64,000 nt of DNA, from positions 434,001-498,000 of the forward strand of contig OY253678.1 in the NCBI GenBank assembly GCA_958009085.1, read 5' to 3'. Within the stretch, counting starts at the first letter, position 1; the number at the start of each line of letters is the position of its first letter. This document shows positions 49,775-63,409 of the stretch, in pieces. The notes beneath the pieces are model-generated. The model saw only the letters and a list, made by a program, of their open reading frames with translations, did no database searches and was not told the origin of the DNA. The position numbers and the translations under genes are program-made. This DNA is from Protoeuglena noctilucae. Its lineage: Eukaryota.

Positions 49775-50625
49775 GTCTGCAAAGAAAGCGCGGGGCGAGC
49801 CGTCGGGGACGGAGGACGCGGCACCTAATCCCGTCCCATGGCCATCGGAGGCACTGCAGCGGGCGAAATTGGCGCCGGGAGCGGCGCGGGGATCCGTGCG
49901 CGGCCTCGGATGAGCATACGAGGCCGGGAGGTGGGCCAATCGAGCGAGCAGGCCGGCCCGCCGCGCGCGGACTTTGAAATAGCCGCGGTCGCACGGTTGC
50001 CCCCGGCGTGGGCCCCAGGCCCACGGCTCCCCGCGCGCGAGGCGGCTCGCGGACGAAACTCGGGCCACACCGGACACCCGCGGCGTCCATGCGCCAAAGC
50101 GAGGCCGCGGCTACGCGTCAAGCCCGGATGCTTGCCACGCGCGCAACGGGGGATGGCGGCCGCCGCCGCGGGGGGCGGGGCGAGCGTTTGCCAAATGAGA
50201 AAACTTCGACGCGAACTCGACCCGCTGCCGCTCCGGGCGGGTTGCCAACGATGACCCCGTGGGGCCCCAGGCCGCGGTCACGATTCGCGCGACGAGAACG
50301 TACCGACACGTCCGTCGAACACGTCGCGGCTCTCGGTCGATGACGGGGGGCGGCGCGCGCGAGGGGCGGGGGCCGTTGCCAAAAAGAAACTCGGACCCAG
50401 ATCCCGCCGCCCACCTGGGTCCTCCGCAACCGAACCGGAGCCACTCGCGGTCGTGTCGAAGTCGAATTGCGCTCCCAGCGCGCCGAGGATCCCGGAGGCC
50501 GCCGAATTGATCCGTCGAGGGTTTCCACGCGCGGGAATCAGCGCCGTCGCGCTCTGGAGGTCAGCGGAGTCTACCGGTGCTCGAATCTCGCTCGCGAGAG
50601 AGCTACTGTGGATACGCGGGTGCAG

Positions 50626-53600
50626 ATGGCGCTCATTATCCGACACGGAGGCGTCTACTGGCGCCAGTCCGCGGTTTCCCGCCGTCAAGGCGACGGTCGG
50701 ACCCCCGCTCCCGCGCTATCCCGGGATGTACCTCTTCCGGTACGTGCCGGCGACGCTGCTTGCGCGTAGGGACGATGCTTTTTGTGCAGGACGCCATCGA
50801 GAGGGGCGGGGGGAAGGATGGCGACGTGCACGACCTCCGAGTGACTTCCACGCTCCACGCCCCATCGGTGCGCTTCCTGGCCCAGCGGACGGTCGCTGCA
50901 TCGACCTGCATGCCGCATGCGTCGATGCGGCAGCGTTGTGGGCCGACCTGGGAGCGCGTAGCCGCAGCCTCGCCCCTCTGATGCAGACAATCAACGTCTT
51001 CGTCCCACCGCTCCACCCCATCGCCCCGGGTGACGATGAAAACAAGGCGGCATCAGCGTCTGCGGAGGATGTCGCCGTGATGCGCGAGATGGAGAAGGTG
51101 CGGCCGGCTTGGGACGGGGACGGTATGTGAAAAGCTCGAGGGCTCACACAGGACGACCACAACGCCTTTGCATGCCGCCCTTGCAGCGCCAGGAGGTGTT
51201 CTCTTTTCTTGCTCACGATCTCGGCCCTCCTGTCCCCTCAGGAGTACGCGCAAGTGTTCAACGGCGGCTTCACGATGATGCCGGTCCTGATCTACCTGTT
51301 CATGGGCTGGAGAGGAGCGCAGTACGCCCGCGACGCTCACAAGGAGCGCGCTGGCCTGCGCAGCACGCGCTTGCTGCACAAGTGGATCAAGCCCCCTAGC
51401 AGCGACGACTACGTGGTCAATTACCTGAGTCGCATGGGCGGCGTCTTCCTCCCGCTGCTGACAATCTTCTCGACAACGCTGCTGTCCATGGTCGGAGTGG
51501 GGCAGGACTTCTTGCTACTCAAGGGCAACGAAGAGTGGGGCATTTTGGGGTTCACGCTGGTACTCAGCGTCTCCATCTTGCTGAGCCTGGTGCGTGACAC
51601 CTTGCGCTGCTGCCTCTGCGGGGCTGGCACCCTGCCGCCAGCCATCGGCAGTCGCTTGCGTGCCATCCCGCTCCGCAGGTCGGCGCCATTTGCAAGCGAT
51701 ACATCTACTACCGGCTTCTGAGCCACGGAGTCCTCGTGGATTTCGTCAATCCCGACGGGCTGAAAGCGTTTCTCGCGGCCGATCGGTGAGGACTGCAGCT
51801 GGCGCCCACGCGTGCCTCCGCCCCTGGCACCTGGCAGCTTGACGAGGACAGCAGCCGGTGCCCACGCTTGCCCCTCCCCGCAGGTATCACGTGACCATCC
51901 TCTCCCTGCTCTACGCCGGCTGGTCTCTCTTCATCGTGCTGCAGCTGGCCACGCGCGCCAAGCAGGGCGCGACGGCCGTGGTCGCCCCCGCCATCACGGT
52001 CTTTACCGAAGCCTTCCTCCTCCTCAATTTCAACGCGACGGTGCGTCTTGCGCCTCCGCGCATGTCGGATCCAGGGCAGCCCGGCTGATGTGATACGCAC
52101 GCACCCCTGACATGCGACAGACGTGACGTGCACAGTCCTGACCCCGTCGCAGGTCCTGAACGTCGAAACGACGGCCCTGGCGACGTTAAACAAGCTCGTG
52201 GAGGACGTCAAAGCGACGTACGGCAACGCGGACAAGTACGTGCAGGGGGCCCTCGCGTTCCTCACGTCGCCCTACGGTGAGCGCTGTCAGGTCCCTGGGC
52301 TCCACGCTCGCCTTTAGGGTGGCCAGGCATGGAGAGGCACGGGCGGTGTGCAGGCCTTGGCTGCCGCCTAGAAATGGGCCATGCGTCATGCGGTGCAGGG
52401 ATCCGGACGGTGGACGAGGACAGCACGGTCGAGAAGCAATTTGAGTTAACCGAGCTCCATGAAAAGGGGGACGTGGACAATGCAGAGGGCATCTACCTGA
52501 GGAACAACCTGCGGTGAGGGTGTGCAGTGACTCACGATCCACGCCACACGCCATGCGCCTCTTTCCTTGCTGCACGCGCCGCCAGCGGGTGCTGGAGATC
52601 GACGGAGGGCGATGCGACGTGCCTCGCAGGAACGTTATTGTGCGAGTGAGGAACGAGCGCACCACCTACCTCATGCACCTGCTGGGCTACGAGCTTGGGC
52701 AGAGCACGGCCGACTTCACGGCGCGGCTGTGGGACTGGGAGGGTAACGTCGCGAAGTACCGCGAGGCGTGCGACGAGATCGTCAGGTAAGGGCGTGATGC
52801 AGCCACTCCCACCTTGGTAACTGGCCCCGGCACTCCTCTGTCGTGGCGTGCTGGGTGGGCCACCGCGCGGGGCGTGAGAGGAGCGCGAGAGATCCGGCGT
52901 CGTGGCACGTCAGTGTTGTGACCGCATGTCGCGCGTGCCTGCAGGGCCGGCCTCATGCGCGGGGGGGCCGACCTGCCCGAGAAGATTCAGCTGGCGGAGA
53001 GCGCGGAGGCCGTGGAGGAGTACAACCACGCCGTGGAGGTGCTGTTGCGGCGGATCAAGAAGGCCATGGGCTTCCACTGGCTCGTGTTCTGGCGCAACGT
53101 CCTGGACTACGTGACGCTGCTGCCGCTGCGGAGGGTGGACTACGCCGAGAAGGTCTCGCAGCGCGTCTTCTTCGCCCTCAACCACTACATCGCGTGGAGC
53201 GAGGGCGTCAAGGCGGAGGACAGCGAGTATGGGCCCATGGAGGCCAAGGGACACGCGCTGTACTGGGAGAGGTCGGACGTGCTCTGCGGTGAGGGCGCGG
53301 ACCCGGCGAAGTCCAGCTGCCTGCCGAGGGAAGGAACTCGTTTCTGAACGCCTGGCATTCTGGAACCCGGCATGTCGACATGGCAGGGACCCCGGCGGTC
53401 CAAGATGTGTCGCTCCTGGGTGCCACATGCTGTTGAGTCGTCCGGTGCCTGCAGTGGGGTGGCACCACGTGATGTCAGCGGAGTTTGGCATGAAGCGGCA
53501 CCAGGAGTGGCTCCGCACCCGCGAGGCCCAGGAGAAGAACAAGGAGACGGTCCAGGCCCTGTTCGGGGAGTTGCGCATCCGCGACTACATCTGGCGCGTC

Positions 53601-54053
53601 ATCACGGGCGACTACTTTGCCTTCTTGAATGAGGTACGCGGTGCTGGGGCACAGGGCACGGACGCAAATGGTGGCACGCTCTGATGAGGCGATGCATGGC
53701 ATCCAATTCTGGCACCTGGTTTCATCGTGTTACCGGCCACTCCGCGCAGAGCACGTTGGGGTCGATCGAGGACAAAGCTTTCGCGTGCCTCGCCCGGCAG
53801 CTCACGCGCATCTCCTTCGTCGGTGTGCTCGGGTTCATGGCCTACACCTCTTACCTGGTGCGTGCCACGGCACGCTTAAGAGTACGTGTGGGAGTGTCTC
53901 ACTACTGTTCCACAATGGTCCTGGGGCTTCGCCACTCCCCTGAGAGCCTAAATCGTCTACAGGCATGCGGGTGGTATGACCAGGAAGCACCAACCCCGTG
54001 CTCACCCCGTGCGTTCCCCGCAGGTCTACAATCCTCCGGGGATCGAGCACTAG
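50626..54053 (+). CDS. Hypothetical multi-pass membrane protein, about 12 exons
   Basis: Strong coding bias and hydrophobic exons (MMPVLIYLFMGW; MGGVFLPLLTIFSTTLLSMVGV; ILSLLYAGWSLFIVLQL; ISFVGVLGFMAYTSYL) separated by canonical introns. It ends VYNPPGIEH*. No family was recognised. Confidence 0.7.
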
Positions 54054-54462
54054 TGAGCGCTGCCATGGACCGGTGCACCTGCATGGACCGGTGCTCGCTT
54101 CTGTTCACCCGGTTCCCCTGCGCTCGTGCCCTTCGTGTGCCGTTCGAGACACGTGCCTTCGCCCCACGCTGGCGCACGGTGCTGGCGATGCCGATCCCTG
54201 TCCCACGGAGCCGGACCTTCCTGCACTGCCTTTGATCTCCCATGCGACCCGACAGCGGCAGCATGCCGTGCCAGTTTCCTTCAATGCAGCTGAGCCTTCG
54301 CATCACCGCCACGCGCTTGAAAAGGGCGGCAAGCTATGTTCACTAGATACCCTAACACGCGGCGCGGAGTCATCGCTTGCTTATCGAGAAGGCCCCACGT
54401 GTCACAATGACGACCTTGCCGCTCGTCTCGGGACGAGGGTAGGGTCACGAGGACGAGGATGG

Positions 54463-55627
54463 TCACGACGCCGGGGCCGCCGTGGTCGGCGTCGTCTGCC
54501 GCGCCGCGTCGCCGACGCGACCGGTCATGCTCAGGTATGCAGAGGAGATGGCGTCCTTTGCCACGTTCAGGATCCCCACTGCCATGCACAGCCGGAAGGT
54601 ACGGGGCAGGAACCCGAGGTACAGCCGAGAGACGCCGCCCTGCGATGGGTGGGCGATGGGTGGGTAAGAAATTAAGAACACCGTGTCCTGAAGGCGCTGT
54701 TCCGACCACTTGGGCTCGATTGGTCATAGAAACCGATTGCATGTCTCACCTCGCTCATGAGCGTTCCGAGGGTCGAGAAGGTGGTGCGGTATGCGGGGTT
54801 GCTGCCGTCGATGTTGGACTGCATCCGCGTCTTGGCCGTGTCGAAGGGGTGCGTGAGGGTCCCCGCCGTGAGACCCGACGCGATGGCCGACCCCACGAAC
54901 GCGACCGTGTCAGAATGCCCCGACTCTCGGAGCGCCTGTCGGATCACGGGGGCCAGCCCAAGGTACGAGGCCGTGTAGATGCCCTCGCGCACCATGGTCG
55001 GCGTGATGCCCCGGAGCTGCGCGGGGAGGGAGGGAAAACTGGGCTGGGAGTTGCCCACCCAGCTCAGCGATGCTTCTTCGAGCCATCACCGGCCCTCACC
55101 AGGGACATGGGGCCGTGCTTCTCCACGATTTCCCGGTACATGGCCCCCAGCTCCTTCTGGTGCTTCTGCTGCTGGATGACGAGAAGCTCGGGCGGGCACG
55201 CCACCACACCCGACGTCGCACCCGCCAGCGCAGCCACCCCGATCCTGACGGCCCCCGAGTCCACATCCGCCCCCGCCGACTTCGCCAAGTTCTCGTACAG
55301 CTTGTTCGCACCGAACTGCACCGCCGTAATGGGCGCGATGGACGCCGCGTTCGCCCCCAGGCCACGATATAGGTCAGAGGGGCGGAACGACAACGGGCGA
55401 CCGTCCTGCAGGGCGTTCTGCAGCGCGGGAGAGGTTGCCTCGTTGAGGGACGGAAGTGAACGACAGCCTGGCCAGCGGAGGGCGGCGACCGGCGTCGAGG
55501 GCGGCGCGGGCAGAGGCGCCTGTGCCGCAAGCTGCACCTTGAGCGAAATCGTCGGCTGCGAGGCGCTTATCTCCACGATCCCCGCCAGAGCCCCGCAAGC
55601 AGCGGATTCGGCTGTCGAGAGTGACAT
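54463..55627 (-). CDS. Mitochondrial carrier (SLC25) family protein
   Basis: Three-repeat pattern: GALAG..E...QP..SLK..LYRGL, ACPPELLVIQQQK..LRG..PTMVREG and THPFDTAKTRMQS..LYLGFLPR. Confidence 0.92.
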
Positions 55628-56300
55628 CGCCGCGATGCACCCCGCGCGTCGCCCGAGAAGCGGTGCGAGGCCCACCGCCGCGAATCCCTCCTACATTCAG
55701 GAGGCAGCGACGATACTTTGCATCCGGGCACGCAAATTCGGCCCTCCCCTTATCCTTCCCGTGCCTAGCGGGTCGCGGGCGGCGCAGGGCGCAGCATCGG
55801 AGCCTTGCAGCAGCGGCAGACGCGGGGACCCACTATCCACGTGGTCCAACGCGGAGCCCGCGTGGCCTACGCCACGGAGCCCACTGTCGCCTCACCAGGA
55901 AAGGCGGCGCTTTTGTTGCTTCTCCTCCCTTTGTTTCAACGGGTCTCCACCGATGCAACCGATGCGTTCCCCAAGCCTACGTGCCGTCGACAGGTCTCTG
56001 GTGTCATCCTTCGACGTAGCTGATCTCAGAACCGCCATCGCCTTCCCTGACGCACGCCCTGACTCGACGACAGTCCGACGGACCTGCCTGCCCGCCCTCA
56101 GCTCCTCCCGCGCTGCGAAGTGAGTGCCAGAAGTAGCTCTCACGCGTTGGGAATCTTGCCGTCGCTGCCAAGTCCGCTCCGCGCAACACCCGTGCCACCT
56201 GCGCATACGCGCCGCATCCTGAGCGTGGCTTCGAGTCGCTGGAGGCGCTCAGCTAGCTCCACGGGCCTGTCGGCCGGGGGTTGGAGAAGGAGGGGTCAAG

Positions 56301-59300
56301 ATGGCGGAGATGGGGATCAAGCAGAGGGACCTTACGGCCAAGCTGCCGAAGGCCGTCCCTGTGAAGAACAAGCAGCCCGCGGCCAAGCAGATGACAGCGG
56401 AGCAGCTTCTCAGGGAAGCGAGGCATATGCAGGTGCGTTGCGGTCTCCGATGCGGGGCTGGCCGCGCGGGGCTCGCCGTTGCGCTGGTTTGCGTGCTACC
56501 CCGGGCCCCCCGAGGCGGGGAAGGGCCCGGACGCCTCCGTGCTTGAACGCTTTGGTTTTGTATGTCATGATGACGAGGCGGAAGAAAGCCACGAACGTTT
56601 TCCCGCGCCGGACCGTCCCCCGCAGCTGGAGGAGGAGGCCCCCCCGCCCAAGTCGATGATCACGAACCCGGAGGAGCTCAAGGAGATCCAGCTGAAGAAG
56701 CGTATGGAGATGGAGGACCTGGTTCGGCGGACGGGGCGCTGGAACTTGCCCGTTTGGATCAAGTACGCCACCTTCGAGGAGGAGCAGAGGTGCGTGAGGG
56801 CGACAGGGGTCATCTGGAGCCGCCGCCGCGCAGGCTTGGAAATGCGACGTCTGCCGTTTGACGCAGGGACTTTGAGCGCGCGCGGTCCGTGTACGAGCGC
56901 GCGCTTCAGGTCAACTATCGCCACCTCCCCTTCTGGCTCAAGTACACCGAAATGGAGATGCGACACCGCTTCGTCAACCACGCGCGCAATTTGTATGACA
57001 GGTGAGCTTGCGTTCCGGGCCCCGCGCGACCCGGGGCGCCACGGGGGACGCTCTCCGCCGCTTTCGCGGGCTCGGCTGGGGCGCCGTGCCGATGGCCGCT
57101 TTGCGTCCCGCCGCAGGGCCGTGCAGCTGCTGCCCCGCATTGACCAGCTGTGGTACAAGTTCATCCACATGGAGGAGATGCTGGGCAACTTCCAGGGCGT
57201 GCGCAACATCTTCGAGCGGTGGATGGACTGGGAGCCCGACATGAACGCCTGGCAGCACTTCGTGCACTTCGAGATCCGGTACGGGGAGATCGACCGCGCC
57301 CGGGCCATCTTCGAGCGATTCATCCGGTGCCACCCCAAGGTCGAGGCCTACGTCCGGTACGCCAAGTTCGAGGTCAAGCACGGCCAGCCCTCCCTGGGCC
57401 GCCGTGTGTACGAGCGCGCGTTCGAGGATCTGGGGGAGGATGCGGAGACGGAAGAGCTTTTCAAGGTGAGGGTCGGCGCAGGGCTACACGTGGCGTGCAT
57501 GCGCCGGGGCGCTGCGTAGCATGCGCCTTGCAAGGATGCCCTGCGTGCGCGTCAGAGGGAGCGCTGACTTGCCTGCGCCCCGTCACGCTCGTGTCGCCCC
57601 GCTGGTCTCTCGCAGAACTTCGCCGTCTACGAGACCATGCACAAGGAGTACGAGCGCGCGAGGCTCATCTACCGGCACGGCCTGGACCGGATCCCCAAGT
57701 CCCAGGCCACGAGCCTGTACCAGGCCTACATGGCATTTGAGAAACAGTACGGCGACCGGCAGGGCGTCGAGGAGGCGGCCCTCAGGTGAGCCAGCAACCC
57801 ACCGCACCCACCCTCCCAGTGCGGGCGTCAGCCCATGGCGCGGGCGCAGCTGGCGGATGGTAGGGTCGGCAGACCTGGCGGGCAGCAGGATTGGCAGCGT
57901 TGGCGGATTGCAGAGTCGGCAGCGTTGGCAAGCAGCGGGGTCGGCAGACCTGGCAAGGGACACAGCCCTGAGTCGGTCCCGCGTGCGTTGCGCCCGCAGC
58001 AAGAAGCGCATGCAGTATGAGGACGACGTGGCCCGGGAGCCCCTCAACTACGACACGTGGTTCGACTACATCCGGCTCGAGGAGCAGGGCGGGGACCCTG
58101 CGCGCATCCGGGGCGTCTTTGAGCGGGCCGTGGCGCAGCTGCCGCCCGCGAACGAGAAGCGGCTCTGGCTGCGGTACATCTACCTCTGGATCTACTACGC
58201 GGTGTACGAGGAGCTGGAGGCCGGGGACGTGGAGCGGGAGCGTGCCGTCTACCGCGCCTGCCTCCAGGTCGTGCCGCACAAGGTCTTCACCTTCGGGAAG
58301 GTCTGGGTCATGGCGGCCGAGTTCGAGGTCCGCCAGAGGGACCTGAGCACGGCTCGGAAGATCCTCGGCCGCGCCATCGGGATGTGCCCCAAGGCCAAGG
58401 TCTTCGAGGCCTACATCGACATGGAGATTCGCCTGGGCAACGTCGAGCGGTGCCGCAACCTTTACGAGAAGTTCCTCTCCTGGGACCCCACGCGCGTATC
58501 GTCCTGGTGCCACCTCGCGGAGCTCGAGGCGGACCTGGAGGAGATGGCGAGGGCGCGGGGAGTGTACGAGGTCGCCATCGCGCAGGTGCGTGGGGTGACG
58601 AGGGCTGAACATCGTCCGTCGCGCGGGACGTGGTTTGCGGGTCAAACTCCCGTGCACATGGCGCGCAGCTGGGGCTGCGGTGGTGCGGCACAGGCTCGTG
58701 GTGCCTTGTGTTACGTGACGTTTAACGCGTGACGGCCTGTGGGAGCTCCTTGCGCGCAGCCGGCCCTGGACCGCCCGGAGGTGCTGTGGAAGGCGTACAT
58801 CGGGTTCGAGATCGGCCAGGGGGACCGGGCGGCGGCGCGGCAGCTGTACGAGCGGCTGCTGGAGCGCACGCAGCACGTCAAGGTGTGGATATCGTACGCC
58901 CAGTTTGAGGCGTGCCCGATGCCGGTGCTCCAGGCCGACGAGGGGGAGCTGGAACCGGCGGCGGAGGCGGAGCTGCGGCGCGGGGGCGACGGGGAGGAGG
59001 CGCCCGAGGAGCGGGAGGCGAGGGCGCGGGCGGTGTACAACCGGGGCTTCAAGGCGATCCGCGAGAGCGACCCGGACTCGAAGGAGGCCGCGGCGATGCT
59101 CTTGGACGCGTGGCTGGGCTTCGAGAGGGAGTGCGTGGGGACGGACGCCGAGGCGCGGGAGCGGGCGGTGGCGGCCGTGGAGGGCAAGCGGCCCAAGCGC
59201 GTCAAGAAGCGCCGCGCGGTGACGCTGGAGGACGGCGCGCCGGGTGGGTTCGAGGAATACTGGGACTACGTGTTCCCCGAGGAGGAGGAGAAAGCTCCGG

Positions 59301-59386
59301 CGCTGCGGCTCCTGGAGGCCGCGCAGCGGTGGAAGCGGCAGAAGACCGAGGCGGCGCAGGGCGGGAGCGCGGAGGACGCGTCCTAA
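56301..59386 (+). CDS. CRNKL1: Crooked neck-like pre-mRNA splicing factor (Clf1/Syf3), HAT repeats
   Basis: [74 protein letters not shown] and LLEAAQRWK. Confidence 0.96.
57860..57956. repeat. Short internal direct repeats in a CRNKL1 intron
   Basis: gggtcggcagacctggc occurs twice (~57863 and ~57938) and ggcagcgttggc occurs twice between them. Confidence 0.75.
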
Positions 59387-59653
59387 TGGCAATGCTTGCG
59401 GCGCGCTTGGCTTCACGACGGCTCGATTCCATTCAACCAATCCATCTGACATCTCCGCGCATCTGGCGTGCCGAGGCATGCGAACTGGCGCCGGGCGACG
59501 CAGCGCACATCACTTTCTCGCAAGTCAGCCGTGTCGTTCCCGCATCGGACTGCTAGAGAGTTTTGGAGCGCGTGCGTTATTCCTCATCCCGCACTAGGGT
59601 CTGGAAGCCCGTGCAATTTAGCATGTCAAAGCCAGCAGCTCCCGCCAAACTGC

Positions 59654-62600
59654 ATGTTCGCAACAACCAGGTGGGCCAGGGTACCAGCGGAACCATGTTT
59701 TGGCCGTGGCCACGCCTCCTCTGACCGCGGAGCCATCCGCAGTCATGGGCGCGCCTCTTCTCCCGCCAAGCCACCGATGTGTCCCTTTCGCGGGCTCAAA
59801 CACAGCGGTGGGGTCTTCGATCTCAAAGCCGTCGCTTTTGCGCGGCCCCAATGATTTGCCCCTTTTTCCGCTCGCAGGCTGGCCGGGCCGCTCTGGAGCC
59901 GGAGGCGCTGACGCAGGGGCAGATTCAAGCGGCGTTCGACAAAGCTGTGCGTCTTTTCCCCGACAGGGTCGTGCCAGCGGATAGCAACGAGGCCCCCGGG
60001 CCGGGCGCACCTGGCAAGGCTCCCGCCGGAGGATCCGCAGGCCGGAAGTGACTTGCCAGAACGGAAGAAGGGGTGGTTTGTCGGTTCCTACCGCTATCTG
60101 GAGGAGCCATGAGGCCTTGTCGCCCGGCCAGCCCTCGTACCTGGCGGCGAGGATGCGCGCCCTGGAAGAGTCCTCCCCGCTGACGTCCAACACGTCCCTT
60201 GGCACGGAGGACTCGCCGAGTGCGTCGGGCGTATCGGCTGGGGCGGAAGTCAGCTCGTCGGCCCCCCGGTGGCCCGGGCGTGGCGGTGGGAAGAGACGCA
60301 ACGTGCCTTCGGGAGTCCTCAGCCCGCATGCCCGCGACGAGGGGCAGCCGACGACATCGGCGCGGGACAGGCGCAGAGACGGGGACCGGGAGGCGGACCG
60401 AGGTCCCCAACCGTCCCTGCGGAAGGCCAGGGTGCGTGCCGCAGCCATGCACAGCACGTTGCAGCGCGCCGCTCCGTGACTGACGCCGTCGGCCGTCGCG
60501 TGTTTGCAGTCTGGCTTCGGTCGCGCGTCGAACTGGGCGCCGTCGGGGGATCCCGCCTCCGTCGCGGCTATGCGCACGCTCCGCCGAACGCGCGGGCCCG
60601 GTTTCAGCACCCTGTCCCCCACCTCGCCTCACGACGTCTCGTCCCGACCCGCGCACGTGGAGGGCACGCACAGCGAGCGCCAGCTGGTGCCGGCCGGGCC
60701 GCAGGCGGCTGCGGCGGCGGAGAGTGCGCGGCTCTTCCTACGCAAGGCGCGTTCCCTGGCAGCAGACACCGCCTCTGCATCCGTCAAGTCCCCGCCCTCG
60801 CACGGCTCTGCGGCCCATGCCCCCCGGCACCTCGACCGCGTCTCGGGCTCCGGCGCGTGGCGATCCGTGGACCTGGCGACGCTGTCGCGGCTGCGGCGAG
60901 GGCGGGGCGACGAGGGCCGGGCTGCAGCCAGCAGGGACCGGGGCGCGAGCTCCGGGGAGGAGTCGGCGAGCAGCGACGAGGGCGTGGTCGAGTCCAATCC
61001 CATGTCCAAGTGGGCCAGTGCCTCTCGGCTCGCCTTCTCGGGTTTGCCCCGGGACGGACCCTGCGGCGGTCGCATTGGGCTGCCCGAGGTGAGGCGGCGT
61101 ACGCCGCATCATACGAGGCAGGGTGGGTGGGTTTGCAGAATGAAACGGGCGGGCCTGGTTTCATGCAGGCGCTCTGACGGACAGGTTTGACGCGTGCGCG
61201 CGTGTTGACACTGCCGGTCACAGGCGCGCAGCTGAGACGTGTCCCGGCACTTTCCGTCTCCACTGCAGGGATCGGACGTCGATCTGACGCGCGCGGGCTT
61301 CCTCGGGGGCCAGGCGCCCTTCTCTGTCCGGAGTCGCATCGGTTGGGCGCAGGGCCGGTGGAAACCAGAGAACCAGGACACGTTTCTTGCAGAAGAGGCT
61401 TCCGGAGAGGGCATCCTGGCCGTGTTCGACGGGCACGGGCGGCGTGGGCGGGATGTCTCTCGCGCTGTGCGTGGCCTCTTCCAAGTGCAGCTGCCCAGGG
61501 TCGCGGGGAAGGTGAGCGCCAGGGCGGGATGGTGAGAACAGGTACGTCATGGCGTTAGAGTAGGGCATGGGATTTGCGACACTCGGCATTCATAGAACCG
61601 ACGCGGGTGCGCGACACGAGGGCCTGCACCCCACGATGGGGCTGGTGCACGGCTGTTTTGCAAACATTGCTACCCCTCCTTCTGGGTCCCTGCAGGTTGC
61701 TGCGCACGCGGCGTCTACTGCCGCGACGGAGGAGGCACTGCGGTCCGCCTTTGCCTCTGTCGACAAATCCCTCTCCTCGATGGGGCTCGACACGGAGGCG
61801 TCGGGGTGCACGGCCGCAGTCGCGCTGCTGGACCCCACGGCGCCGCGCGTCGCGGTTGCGTGGTGCGGGGACTCGCGCATCGTGCTGGGCCGGGACACGC
61901 GCCACCCGGGGCGCAGCGCGGCAACGGACGGGGCCGCGGGGGCTCAGGCTCCGGTGCAGTGGGCCGAGGGACGGGGTCGCGAGGCTCTTACCACTGGTGG
62001 CGCCCAGGCGGCGTACGAGTCCGACGGAGAGCACCTGCGACTGGACGACTCAGTGGAGCATGGGGCGGACGCGGTGCTGACGCTGGACGCGCAAGCAGGC
62101 CGCGCGTCGGGTCGCGTGTCGAGTCGGGTGGGCGCCGACGCCGCTGGGCCTGTGTCGGTGGGCCCGAGTGGCGTGGACGCCCACGGCTTGCGGCGAGGCT
62201 TGGCGGGACCCGCGGCAGGTCGAGGCATGAAGGACAGCGACGATGCGGGCTTGGGCGATGCGGCCCGAGCGTTTGAGTCCTTGACACTTAGCGACGGCAC
62301 GGAGGGGGGCGCAGAGGCGACGCTCCTGTCCCCTCCCGGTCGCTTGACGCCCCTATCGCCGAGCTCTCCTCAACCAGTGGTGAGGGTCGAGCCTGCACCT
62401 GCCTGGGCGTGTCGATGTTGGCATTGGAGTGTAGTGTTCCTCAGCAAGCGAATATGCATGACCTGTCCGAGTCCTCGTGTCCCCACTCTGGACCCGGCGC
62501 ACCTGCATCCCTCGCGACCCCTTTGTCATCCCCCGTCGCGTGCCAGGATGGCATCGAGGCCGTGGACCTGACGCACGATCACAAGCCTGACCTGCCGGAG

Positions 62601-63301
62601 GAGCTTCGCCGGATCGAGGACGCAGACGGCCGCGTGCTGCAAGTCACGAGCGGGAGAGGCGCACCCGGGCCATTCCGTATCTTCCTGCAGACCGGGTGGG
62701 TCCCAGGGCTCTCCACGTCGCGTGCGTTCGGAGACGCCATCGCTCGGCGCGTCGGAGTCATCTCGAAGGTGAGCGAGGCCAGGCGGAGCTGCTGCCGTGC
62801 GCCCATAACGCTCCCTGCTCTGCGCGCACAGCGTGACATGCCGCGCTGCGGTCCAGGGCGCCCCACGAGCGTGCCTCCACGTGCACCTGTCCCCGCAGCC
62901 CGACGTGCGCGTGGTTGACCTGAGCCCCGCGGACCGGTGGCTGGTGCTGGCGACGGACGGCGTGTGGGAGGCGATGGAGTCTCAGGAAGTCGTGGACATC
63001 TGCGCCAGGCATCAAGGGTCACCCGCGGACGCCACCAAGGCGATCGGTGAGCTCACACGCCCGCACGCATCTTCCTATGAGCGGTGTGGAAGCGGTTTGG
63101 TGCTCTTGGGTCGCCTTGCTTGGCATCACCCATACTGCGCTGACGCCTGGTAGCTGCGGTGGCCCACACAGCCCCATACGACGGCCATTTCTCGTGCTTC
63201 CACTTCTCGCAGTGGCTGAGTGCCTGGACCGGTGGGCAGACGAGACGGACTCCTGGGAAATCGATGATATCACCGTCATAGTTGTCGAAATGTCGCTCTG
63301 A
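59654..63301 (+). CDS. PP2C (PPM) protein phosphatase with a long low-complexity N-terminus; start uncertain
   Basis: ENQD, AVFDGHG, SGCTA, AWCGDSR, LTHDHKP, GLSTSRAFGD, LATDGVW and IDDITVIV motifs across exons. Confidence 0.9.
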
Positions 63302-63409
63302 CTGTCTGCCTTTCTAGACCTCGTAGGCGCACCCGCTCTTAGTCTAGCATCTAGCACAGCATAGCACCCGCTCGCTTCGTTGCAGCCTAGGACAGCCCAG
63401 CGCCAATGG

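Noticed and set aside
49825..49845. Short uORF (MAMGRD*) upstream of the AP2/ERF gene
   Set aside because: The same exon is open in the frame that joins the AP2 CDS, so it may simply be coding. This cannot be decided without transcripts.
47806..50090. 723-aa and 576-aa Arg/Gly/Pro-rich ORFs
   Set aside because: These are off-frame or antisense shadows of the AP2/ERF gene in very high-GC DNA.
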